From the NCBI GenBank assembly GCA_021613535.1, contig CP075497.1, positions 558,001 through 622,000 of the forward strand: DNA of 64,000 nucleotides. The letters run 5' to 3'. Origin of the DNA: Adineta vaga (lineage: Eukaryota > Animalia > Rotifera). Under the pieces are notes generated by a model. That model ran no database searches, was not told the origin of the DNA, and saw nothing but the letters and a program-made list of their open reading frames with translations. This document shows positions 51,966 to 63,300 of the stretch, in pieces. Position 1 is the first letter of the stretch. Each line of letters starts with the position of its first letter. Both the position numbers and the translations under genes were made by a program.

Positions 51966-53186
51966 TTATCTTTGAAATGAAGTAACTGATCGAACACGAT
52001 TGATTAATGTTTTTACACTTTCATAACGATGTTTTATCCATTGAATATCTTGAATACGTTTACGAATCTTTCGTCGAATAACCATAAATATGGTAATAGA
52101 ATTTCCTAAGAAAAAAATAAAAAATATTCCTGAAAGAATCTTTAATATAAATTGCCAATTAGGATTTGGTTCATTTTTTGGATCCATTGAAATTTGAAAA
52201 AGAACATAAGCATTATATAATTCAAATATATATCCAATAATAAGAAATGGTGCAAGAAATGAAAGACCACGTAACATCCGTGATTGAAAACCTTCGATGG
52301 AGATTTGTAATTCATCGGAATCACCTAATGCTCTCAAACGATAAAGAAGACCTCGTTGATAATAATATAAAAGAACTTGAACACAACTAATATATAAACT
52401 AAATAAATAATGTTGTTGTCGAAAGATTTGATAGGATTCTGCTGATGGCCATATTAAGACAATGCATGTTGCTATTGTTGAAATAAAATGATGTAAACGC
52501 CACCATACTTGTATTTTTGAACCATTCATAACAAGAATTGATTCACGAATTGTTAATGTACAATAATACCAAACAAGTAAAAAATGAAAAAATGCATCTA
52601 ATGCACGATTAATTGGTATTATTGTTGACATTAATAATGATATAATCATAAGAATCAATGTAATATATAATTTAAATTTTTCATAACTTTCTTTATATTT
52701 TAATTGTTCAGATTTGTCTAAAATCGAGACAGATAATTGACTTCCAAGGATAATACGTAAATAAATTTCAGATGGTTGTGGTAATGTATATTGAATTCGT
52801 TTAAAATAATCTGAATGTTGTTTAGTTAAATATTCACGAATTGTACTTAGATGAATCAAACGTTCTTCAAATGTTTCTTTAACTTTTTCATTATCAGGTA
52901 GAATGATTAATGATTGATGAATATCAATAGATTTATTTAAATGTTGAATCTTTTTTTCAAGTTTATTAAATTGAATTTGATGTGCTTTTTTTAATTTTTC
53001 AATTGTTTCTAATTGATTTAAATATTTTTGATGATCTTGTTTGAATGTATTTATTTCGTCAGATAATTCTTCCCATTGTTGAATAAAATTTTGAATTTGA
53101 GCATCACATGTACCGTTGGATTTTATCGACCGTTTTTTACGTCGTTTTATTGTTTTTTCTAATTGAAGTTGATTGTCACTGGCCAT
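51966..53186 (-). CDS. TMEM120: Transmembrane protein 120 (TMEM120/TACAN family)
   Basis: N-terminal coiled coil; YLRIILG, KYKESYEKFK, FLLVWYYCTLTIRESIL..NGS.I..WW..HHF, YYQRG.LYRLRALG. Confidence 0.95.
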   Translation of the reverse strand: MASDNQLQLEKTIKRRKKRSIKSNGTCDAQIQNFIQQWEELSDEINTFKQDHQKYLNQLETIEKLKKAHQIQFNKLEKKIQHLNKSIDIHQSLIILPDNEKVKETFEERLIHLSTIREYLTKQHSDYFKRIQYTLPQPSEIYLRIILGSQLSVSILDKSEQLKYKESYEKFKLYITLILMIISLLMSTIIPINRALDAFFHFLLVWYYCTLTIRESILVMNGSKIQVWWRLHHFISTIATCIVLIWPSAESYQIFRQQHYLFSLYISCVQVLLYYYQRGLLYRLRALGDSDELQISIEGFQSRMLRGLSFLAPFLIIGYIFELYNAYVLFQISMDPKNEPNPNWQFILKILSGIFFIFFLGNSITIFMVIRRKIRKRIQDIQWIKHRYESVKTLINRVRSVTSFQR

Positions 53187-53448
53187 ATTTCACTTGATAA
53201 AATATGAAATGAAGAGAGAACAAACGGCGTACGTTTATACGTTCGATAAACATACCATACGCTCTGATCGTGATAATACAAAAGAACAGATGAAGAACAA
53301 GAAAAAATTCAAAGGTTACTTTGCTGATTAAATTAAAATTTGATATTAGCCTTGCTTTTTTTGTCGAAGATACCTAATTTTAATTTATGACTAATAAATT
53401 TAGATAAACTTTCAAATCAGAATATCTTTATCTATCTATCTATATATA

Positions 53449-54022
53449 TCTATATATATGGAGAGAGAAGAAAGTTTGTCTGTTCGCTATGCATTCAGTC
53501 CCTGTAATAGATAGCGTCACCAAACTCTCCACAATGCTTCCCTAGGTCCAGAGGAAGGTCGGTCGACATGGGGTTAGAATGGTCATCAAGGGGTAGGAGT
53601 GGGGGCGTGGGTGAAATTTCACCCAGGTGATGGCATATAGGAATTTTTCGATCCCACTGATAGTTGGTGACACCAAACATTTCACGAGACTCCACTAAGT
53701 TCCACGGAAGGTCGAGAGGGGGTTGCCACCTCCAAGGGATGTGAGTGTCTGCATCCAATATGGACAACTGCAATGCCTGAGTTGGGTTCTCAAAGAAAAC
53801 TGAATCTGGAGTGAAATAACTAATGAAGAGATGCGAAAAGTTCTGAAAAAATGACCAGGTGCATGACGCGAAAAGGGATATAGGAGGGGCCTCAATACGG
53901 AGGAGAAAGACGTGTGAAAGACAGATAAATACCAACGTAGAGGTCCGGTGAGTGATGAAAAAAGCACTGTTGTAGATGGAAAACGTAAATTGCGTCCTCT
54001 TTGCAGCGGGTATCTCCGCTAG
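53449..54022 (+). mobile_element. Non-autonomous Helitron with both ends present
   Basis: A|TCTATATATATG... 5' end (could start up to about 20 bp earlier in the TCTA repeats); 3' AGCGG-gtatct-CCGCT stem overlapping CTAG|T; no TSD; two partial homologs in the window. Confidence 0.8.
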
Positions 54023-54516
54023 TAGTGAATAAAATAGACAATATCCGATATCTTGAGCTGTGATTATTTTCTTTTAATGTTAGAAAGTACAAAAATACAC
54101 ATGAATCGAATAGTCTTATATATATTTGTGAATTAATTGAAAACTGTCAAGACTGATGTTATTGTTTTTTGTTTCTTAGGAAAATCTTCGATAGACAGTG
54201 TATTTAAAGTCGATAGAAAATGATAAACAACTGGTAATTAGTATTCCAACAGGTGATTTTTTTCCATGAAAACCAAGGTAGAATGAAAATTAATTTTGTC
54301 AATCAATTGAAAAATTAGTAAAAAAGTGTGATTAGAAAAGTAGGAAGTGAATATTATCAAAGTACCATGAATAGTCAAATTTATTATTCATCTAAGTCAA
54401 CAACGTAAACGATGGTATATATGCAATAATTTGTAATTGTTTCAATCAAAGTTTCTAGTCGTGATTATGCGGCATCAAATGAAAAGAACGAGCATTCTAC
54501 ATTTGTTTGTCGTACT

Positions 54517-54708
54517 CTTGTGTGAGGGTGAGGGTGAGGGTGAGGAAAAGGTGTGATTAAAGCGCAGTTGTACCGATTCTCTGTCGAATCCACCTAACTT
54601 TGACTATAAAGACACTTTTGGAAGACAAAAATTTTTCTCATAGAATGAATGACTAACATGAGGGTGTGGGTCAGACTATACTCTCAACCCTCACCCACAC
54701 CCAAGATG
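54517..54708. repeat. TGAGGG arm (54517-54545) and an inverted module (54659-54708)
   Basis: cttgtg(tgaggg)3tgagg; tgagggtgtgggt-cagactatactctcaa-ccctcacccacacccaagatg. Confidence 0.75.
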
Positions 54709-55732
54709 CCCATTACACAGTCAGATTATATACAAATTCATTTCAAAATTTCGTGAAGAATTTCGACGTTGATGTTTTCGATATGGAGTTGAAGTTTTCA
54801 AAACGTATACTCGGTTAATTAGATGTTTATCATTAAAAACTCAACGAACTGTACTTCATGAAAATCAAAAGGCACATAGAAATAATATACATTTGACAAG
54901 GCCTATTCAAGGAAACAATATCATTATTCGTATTGGATAGAAAAACAAGCATGCACATTTATCGTCATTATTTTTTCGTTGTCTTGTGTTATTTATTGGT
55001 TTTCGTCTTCTATAAGTAATAGATATATTTGAAATAATAAAAATGAACATACACTAATATGCAATTTTCTATGTTCAAGTTGAAATGAAGCAAAAAAAGT
55101 GTTTCTGAAACTGATCACTGTGATAGATCTTGAGGATAAAAGGTGTGAGTCGGAGTGATGAATGATGACAAAGAAGACGTCCACAACCACATCGTTTTAT
55201 ATGGTTTTCATCGTGGAAAATCATTAGATGTCTTTTTTGGTAGAAACTGAAATCTTATGGATTTTGTTTTTGATTTAGTTTTTTTGAAATAAATATTCAA
55301 TTCATCTGTCGAGACAATTTTAATTAGGCATAATGCTTTTGTGACTCTGTCTCGTTGCTTATTCTCAGAGCTTAAGACAACGAAAATGAAAATTATACAT
55401 TCATTTCATAGTGTCAATATAGTTGTCAAAGAAATTTTATTTATTATTACATTTTTATACTTAAAAGAGATTCTTTGATTTTAATAAATTATCAATTCAG
55501 TTTATTTTCAATAAATCTTGCGGGTGTGAGTTACGGATAAGAATTCCAGAGACATCTACTTCCACATTGAGAGTAAACGTTTTTTTGTCAATATCATTGG
55601 ATGATGAACATTTTTTCACTGCTATCAATATGTCTTATTATTAGTTCTAGATTATTTATGAATAAATGAAACGTATTGAAATTGCTAGCTATATTCAAAC
55701 GAAAAAGAATCTTGATAATTTATTGATTGTCA

Positions 55733-56245
55733 TCACGGACCCAATGGTTTTCCATTAGAGATAGCGTTTATCCATTTATCTGTTTGAGTAATATAATCAG
55801 GATCTCCATATGGATATTGAGGATCGATTTTGTTAGCATCGCTGGTAACGACAGCATTCGGACCTGAGTTGTATGCACGTCTTGCAAGATCCCAGCTACC
55901 AAACTTTTCATAATTCTCTTGCAAATAATGAGCACCGGCCAAGATATTTTCCTCATGACCACTTAATCCTTCGAAATCATTTGAATGTTTTTGTTTCATA
56001 TCTTGAAATGTTCTGTTATTGATTTGCATGAGTCCTGTATCACGTCCTTGCTGTTGATTTTGTGTAGCATTAACACCAGCACGTCCACGTGATTCTTGAT
56101 ATAATACACCACCAATAATTGATGCCGGAACTCCTGTTTTCTCAGCAGCCGATTCAATTTCATTACGCCATTGTCCAATACTTGAATCAATTTTATCAGG
56201 TAATTTCGATGGATTAGAGGCACGTGAAGGAAGACCACGATCCAT
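55733..56245 (-). CDS. Lytic transglycosylase SLT-domain (GH23, lysozyme-like) protein, bacterial type
   Basis: IESAAEKTGVP..IIGGVLYQESRG (catalytic Glu), DTGLMQIN, ENILAGAHYL, ARRAYNSGP; intronless, 170 aa. Confidence 0.9.
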   Translation of the reverse strand: MDRGLPSRASNPSKLPDKIDSSIGQWRNEIESAAEKTGVPASIIGGVLYQESRGRAGVNATQNQQQGRDTGLMQINNRTFQDMKQKHSNDFEGLSGHEENILAGAHYLQENYEKFGSWDLARRAYNSGPNAVVTSDANKIDPQYPYGDPDYITQTDKWINAISNGKPLGP

Positions 56246-57473
56246 ATATGTTACTTATATGTAGTATTCGAAAGAATATAATGTATTTTGTATTTCCATC
56301 GAACCCATTATATGTATCTTGAAGATGCGATGAATAATTTCTTTCTTTCTTTCTTTGGGTTTTTTTCTAGTTCTTTCGATGAATGTAATACGATACTATA
56401 AGTATAGTGCTTCACGGAGGAAATTAATGAATCATACGATTATAACTTGGAAAAAGCCTATATACAATAGAAAATATTCCCATTACAGTATGATATACGA
56501 ATATTGAGAGAATACTTTCTATTCCGCGATGATGCACATTCCGGAATCAGTTCCGCCGTAAGAATTAGTTCCAACCAATTTCGGTACTGCTTCGATTACC
56601 AAATAAACTGGGTACCGACCGAATTCCGTGCCGGAATCACTGGCTTTTCTCTTATCCTCACTTTCCTGCATTTTCTTTTCGAACGACAAACACTTCTGTA
56701 TATACAGATACAAATGACAAAAGGTATACTCGAATCATATTATTATTGAAGATAAAAAATAAATTATCATATTGTACTTGATAGAGTGACATCAAATATA
56801 AAAAACAATAATATTTTATGTTTTAATTATAATTCTTCGGTATATGATACAAAGCATCTTAAGGACATTGTTTTAAACAGATCATTTTCATTGAATATAA
56901 TAAAAATATAACAATATACACTTAGTAAGATCTATATTAAGAGAGACAACTCGTCTAAAAATCGTATCGCTCATGTCGAAAAATGTCGCAATAAAAATAG
57001 ATAATCTTTTTCCTGATACATAAGAACTGTGCCGAAATTAAGAATAGCTAAGATTCATCTGATCGAATTAGGTGATTTCAAGATTCTCTTCTATAAAAGT
57101 TTGGTTCTACGCAGCAGGTGTACTTGTTACTCATTAAAATCCGACGATTATTACATGAATGATCAGACATGCTGGTAACGTACATTTCATCAGCAATGTA
57201 AAAGTAAGAATGAACAATATTTACACATCACTCGATAAGATGCTGGTGTCAATATAAGTGATGTGGAATTAATGATAAAGGGGGAAAAAATATAAAATAC
57301 TGGATTTATTCATGCATACGACTCTGATTTACCTGTTGCTTTCTGCCATAATCGATCGTGTTAAGCATTTACTTTCTTTTTATATCGTATATATATATAT
57401 ATTTGTCGACTTTTCATTGCAAGATTGAATTCAGGTTAGTGAAACAGTATGTGTAATTTGAATAAAAGTTCCA

Positions 57474-57535
57474 GAGTGGATGAGGACGTGTGGGTGAAGA
57501 TGTACATGAGTTTATACTCTTAACCCACACTCACA
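57474..57535. repeat. Degenerate telomeric-repeat inverted module
   Basis: gtgtgggtgaaga...tatactcttaacccacactcaca. Confidence 0.6.
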
Positions 57536-58199
57536 TTTATTCGATTGATTATATTATTGATAATTATCAACAATATCAAATTTTTTTACTATCATTTAAG
57601 TCGGAAATAAATCCTTTATTATCGGGTTTATTGATTCTATTTGTTGGAGTAAGATGCAATAAGATGATAATTGTTTTGCAAGTTTTAATGAAGCTAAAAA
57701 ATAATTTACGTTCAATTTATATTCATGAATTGTGTAATTGAATAAAGGGAGAGTAATAAACAAAATATGATTTTTTGTATTCTTGTCTATACTGACGATG
57801 AACAATAAATAAAGATATGCTGAATATAATATATTCGTTTGTTCATAACTATATTTATATATGATTATATATATATATTAGATTGACCAAAGCTTTTGAA
57901 CGTTACTTCTAATCGAATGTTTAAAGGTTCATTTGTAATAAGTCTACGTCTTTGTTCTCATTGGTCGCGATACACATGAAAACAGTTTTTAAATTATTTT
58001 TCTGTCTGTATATGATTTATGTATGGTTTTGAATAATTAATTTCAAATTTATATATTAATGATGTCGCTTTAGTCTTTTCAAGATCGTGGTAATAAATAA
58101 AATTGTAAGACAATAATAATATATTTTCCTGTCTCTTTCTCTTTTTGATGGCGATGTACTGGTGTTATATATACATAAATAAGACAATAAGGAATGTTA

Positions 58200-59681
58200 C
58201 ATGTTCGCTATCTGGTTGCAGTTGTTACGTTGTATTAATTTTTCCAATCGTATATGTAATTTTTCCTGTAAAACAGGATTTTCTCCGATTGGATTGCCAC
58301 ATAGATCTAGCGTAATAAGTGTCTATATGTAGAAGAAAAGAGATATTGATACGATATGTAGACAAACGCAGAGAATATGAACAAGAATCACCTGGTTATT
58401 TTCTAATGCATCGATCAGATGTTGTATTCCGATAGTATGAATTCGATTGATAGAGAGATCGAGTGTATTAAGTGTCTATATACATGAAAAGAATGAGTAT
58501 AGTTATATGAAGTAGATGAAGAAAGAAGATTATACTTGATTATTTCTTATGGTATCAGCTAAATATTTTGCTCCTGAATCTCCAATTTGATTGAGAGAGA
58601 GATTGAGTACGGTAAGTGTCTGTATGATAAAATCATGAAGTTAATGAAGAAATAAATATATATAGTTACCTGATTATTTTGCAATGCATCGGCTAGATAT
58701 TCTGTTCCTTGATCTCCGATTTGATTAGTGTAGAGATTGAGTTTGATCAATGTCTATGTATTAAAAGTAACAAAAACGATGATACAAAGTAAATTACGAG
58801 AGAAAAATGAGTACCTGATTATATCTTAATGCATTGGCAAGATGTTGTGCTCCAGTAGATCGAATTTGATTATCGGCGAGATTCAGAACAGTAAGTGTCT
58901 TTCGAATATATAATGAAGATATTAATATGAAATAATGACGAGGGAAAAATGCTTACGTGATTATTTCTTAATGCATCAGCTAGATATTCTACTTCTTTAT
59001 CACCGATATGATTAATAGCGAGATCAATTGTGTTCAGTGTCTGTATAAACAAATAAACTTTGTAGTATAAGATGAATGAAGCGTGAGGGAAAGAGAAAGG
59101 AAGTCACATGATTAGTTCTTATTGTATCACCAAAATATTTCGCTCCATTGGTTCCAATTCGATTATCTCGAAGATTGAGTATAGTAAGTGTCTGTAGACA
59201 AATATGAAGTTGACAATATAGGATATTGTAAAGAAAATTACCTTATTTTCAAGTAATGCAATGGCTAAGTGTTTTGCACCTTTATCTCCGATTCGATTAC
59301 TTTCAAGATCTAGTACAACGAGTGTCTGTATAAAGAAGAGTGTACATTACAAATGAGATATTTTATTCGATAAATAAATCCTTTTTATATTATTTTAATG
59401 TCGTATATTTTTAGAAATTCTTAATAATAATTAAATATTACCTGATTATCATGGAGTACTTTGGCTATAATCTCAGCACCTTCATGTGTTATACTATTGT
59501 TCGATAAGTTAAGATTGGTGCATTTTTGCTTGATTATTGCTTCATTCAACACATGTTCAATATCATCATCAGTCAAGTTTTTTTCTCTATAGGATAATTC
59601 CAAAGAATATTTTGGTTTGATTTTAATCTTTTCTTCATTTTTCTGTAAACTTGTATTAGTATTCGAAGTTTTCAAAGCCAT
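58200..59681 (-). CDS. Ribonuclease-inhibitor-like LRR protein (NLRC3-like repeats), one 28-aa LRR per exon
   Basis: First exon MALKTS...LNLSNNSITHEGAEIIAKVLHDNQ, then about eight exons of roughly 84 nt of form TL..L.L..N.IGD.G...LA.AL.NN separated by 50-120-nt GT-AG introns; final exon(s) uncertain. Confidence 0.85.
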
Positions 59682-60008
59682 TGTAGATAAAATCTATCTA
59701 TAAATAGAGAAATTTAATTAAAACTATCGAATTATTTTGTTCATTGGTGGCCCAAAACATGTTTCTATCGGTATTCATCTTATTTTTTGTACAAAATCAT
59801 TTGTTGTTTGCCTATTTGTACAAACGTTTCTTTTGATGAGAGAAAGACACACATGCTTTGTTATTTTTATTTTACGAAGCTTTTAAAAAACGTTTCTATC
59901 AATACATGTGACCATAATAACATCAATGAAAACAATACATTTGAATTTAAAACAGGCTGATGCTGTCATAGCAACATACTAACAACAAATAAATAAAATT
60001 CAGTTCTA

Positions 60009-60068
60009 TTGAAGTAGGTGTGGGTGTGGGTCTTTTGTATTCATACCCACACCCACCCTCACCCTCAA
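60009..60068. repeat. Telomeric-repeat inverted module
   Basis: ttgaagtaggtgtgggtgtgggt-cttttgtattcata-cccacacccaccctcaccctcaa. Confidence 0.85.
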
Positions 60069-60358
60069 TATTTTTATTCTTTATATTATGAATTCTTTGT
60101 TTTTTATTCACTTTTTACAGAGAACGCTACCTGTCAATAAAATTCGTATTCTGAGTACCCTATCCAGTATTGGTGCTTGATCATATATAGAAGTGATTCA
60201 TTGTATGCTCGTTCTGCTCTTCCTTTCACATCTAACTGCCTGCTTAATTAGACTTCTCTGATGATTATTCATACGTGACGATACAACCATTTCATCAAGT
60301 ATAAAATATAGACTCTCCACAAATATTTGAAGACGCTTTTATTCATTCACGTGTAAAG

Positions 60359-63300
60359 ATGAAACGTATTATTGAATCTAGTTTAAAAGAGGAACTACAA
60401 TCGTCAATATTATTTCATGTTCCTCCTTTAACTGCATCACTCAAATTGGATAGTGCACTTGCTCAACTAATTACACTGTTACCAAAAATAGACGTGCAAG
60501 AGCAAATCGAAAATGATGCTTACATTATCTGGTTAAAACAAGATCGAATCACTGTTCAAGAATACATTAATGGTATCAATGTGAAAATGTTTTACGCGAA
60601 CGATGAATTAAATGATTGGATATCTAAAATACGAACATCCAATGTGTTTTTGATAGTTGATTATATACTTTTTGAAAGTATAAAAACATTGCTATTAGAT
60701 TCACGAAATATTATATTGGTTTATATATTAATGAATGAAACAAATGCTCATAGCTCATTGGTGGCAAATATACAGTCAACTATTTGCAAAATTTCCTCGA
60801 ATAAAGACGAATTATTTCATTTAATTATGCAAGATATCGATATGTGTACGAAAGATTTAATATCTACTAGTATTCTTGATCTTGTTGAAAAAGAAGAGTC
60901 AACTAATCAAATAAAAAATTCATCATTTCTATGGTATTATTTGCTGATCGACAGTCTATTCTCTTTGAAAACATATACGTTGACAGCAAAAAGTGATTTA
61001 ATAAAATATTGTCGTGATCGATACTCAGAAGATATTATAGAACTAGAGAAAATATCTGAATTTGAACGAGATTATTCATCGACTAATGCTATCAGATGGT
61101 ATACACGTAACTCATTTCTCTATCGGCTGTTGAATGAAGCACTAAGGATTCGTGACATCGACACTATTTTTAAGCTTCGCTTTTTTATTATTGATTTACA
61201 AAACCAATTGGAGAAAAACTACAACGAAGAACTATTTGTAGATCAACTTCGATTATATCGTGGTCAGCTAATGTCTCCTTTAGAATTAGAAAAACTAGAG
61301 AAGAGTATTGGTAAACATATTTCAATAAACACATACTTCTCAACATCTGTAGGCTTGGATGTGGCTAAAACGTTTATCGGTACCGAACCTTCTGCAGTCT
61401 TATTCGAAATAGAGACTGATATTGCCGCACATAGCGGAAGTAAAAGAACGTTACCCGTTTCTGTGCAGACACTCAGTGTCAATCCTGATGAAATGGAAGT
61501 TATATTTCCTATTGGTACCATATTCAATATAGAATCTATGAAGAAAGAAGGAAATCAATGGCACATCAAACTAAAACAAATAAATCATGATGATAAATTA
61601 CTTCAGTTTATTCAAACAAAATATATGAACTCGCATGCATCAACAGTGAGATTTGGCGATTTACTTTTAGACATGGGTGACTGCGAAAAAGCTGAACGAT
61701 ATACTCAAATGTTAATTGATGAATTAATATTTTCTGATGACAAAGTGACCATTGCATACGCCTACGATCTCATGGGTCAAGTTCGCAGTGTACGAGGCGA
61801 TCACAAAAGTGCATTACACTGGTTTGAAAACGCGCTGGACGCTCTTCCATCAGAAAACATTTACCGTGGAACAATATATCTTAAAATTTGCTCAGTATAT
61901 CTACAGGGACATGACATTTGCAATGCTCACACATATTGCAGCAAAGCATTGAACTACGAACGACATATGGATCATTCAGACTTGGCCAGTATGTATATAC
62001 TACGTGGCGATATCTATCAACACATGAACAACTTCGATGATGCTCTTTTCTATTTAAACAAATCAGTTAATTTATGTCGTTCTCACATGCCTAACAATCA
62101 TCCTATATACGTCAGAATATATCTTACTCTCGCCACCATATATGAAACTATATCAGATTACAAGAAAGCTCTCGGATTCTACAAATCCGTGCTCTGCCTT
62201 CTACTACAGATTGTATCAGAACATCATCCGGATATAGTTTTTGCATACGAACGAGTTGCTGCGATGTATATTAATTCTGGTCATTATGAGTTAGCTATGG
62301 TTTATTGTCAAAAAGCATTAACGAACATAAAAAAATTCCAAAATGATGAAGATACAAATAAATATATAAATCCGATCGTCCCTATTTTCCTTTATAGTAC
62401 TGTAGGAGCCCTTTATGCGCATCATACCGATGTGGCAAATGCTTTGGATTATGCCAAAAAAGCAGTCAATGAGTATATTAGATATGAATATATGATACCA
62501 AAAACTTATCCAATAATAGAATCCATTTACAACAGCTTGGGATCAGCTTATGATGCAGTTGGTGATATAACTTCCGCATTAGATACTTACATAAAAGTTC
62601 TTGATCTTCCGGTAAAAGATGTAAGTGTTCGAATAATGACACTTGGAAATATAGCCAACATGTATCTAAAGAGAAGTGACAGAGAAATGGCTTTAACATA
62701 TTTGTACAAATCATATGACCTTATTTCCGAGATACCTTCATGTCTTATTAATTACAACCATCTCGCAAATATTATGTTTGGACTTTCCTATGCATATAAA
62801 CATAAAAATGACTTTGAGACAGCTTTATCTTTCGCTGAAAAAAGTTTACAACTTCTACTCATTTCGCCAAAACAAGATTCCATTCGTATTGCAGGCGCGT
62901 ACTCTTGGCTCGGTCTACTCTGTCCAGACAAAATGAAAATGTGTTGTGAAGAAATGATCAAGCTTATGTTGAAAGATAACTTTCCTGCATTACAAGGATC
63001 GATACATAACACTACTATTGGATGGTATTTTTATGAACAAAACAATTTCTCTGATGCAATAATTTATTTTCAAAAAGCATTAAATAAAATAATCGCAATC
63101 ATTCCAGTTTGTTACTCCGATTTGATGAACGCACACCAACGTCTAGCTTTGACGTACGTTAGTATGAAAACTACGGATTCAAATAATGCATTAATTCACT
63201 GTGAGGCAATCCATGATATTTATCTACAACTTGTAAACATGAAAGAAATTCCGTTAAAAGATAAAGCGAAAATGCGAAACATTGATGGCTTATTGCTGCC

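Noticed and set aside
53495-54092. Minus-strand ORFs of 66-146 aa
   Set aside because: They lie within the non-autonomous Helitron and have no Rep or helicase motifs.
56520-56642. ATTCCG/CGGAAT-rich patch ending in ...GGAATCACTG, a possible hAT-type MITE end
   Set aside because: No matching opposite terminus or TSD found.
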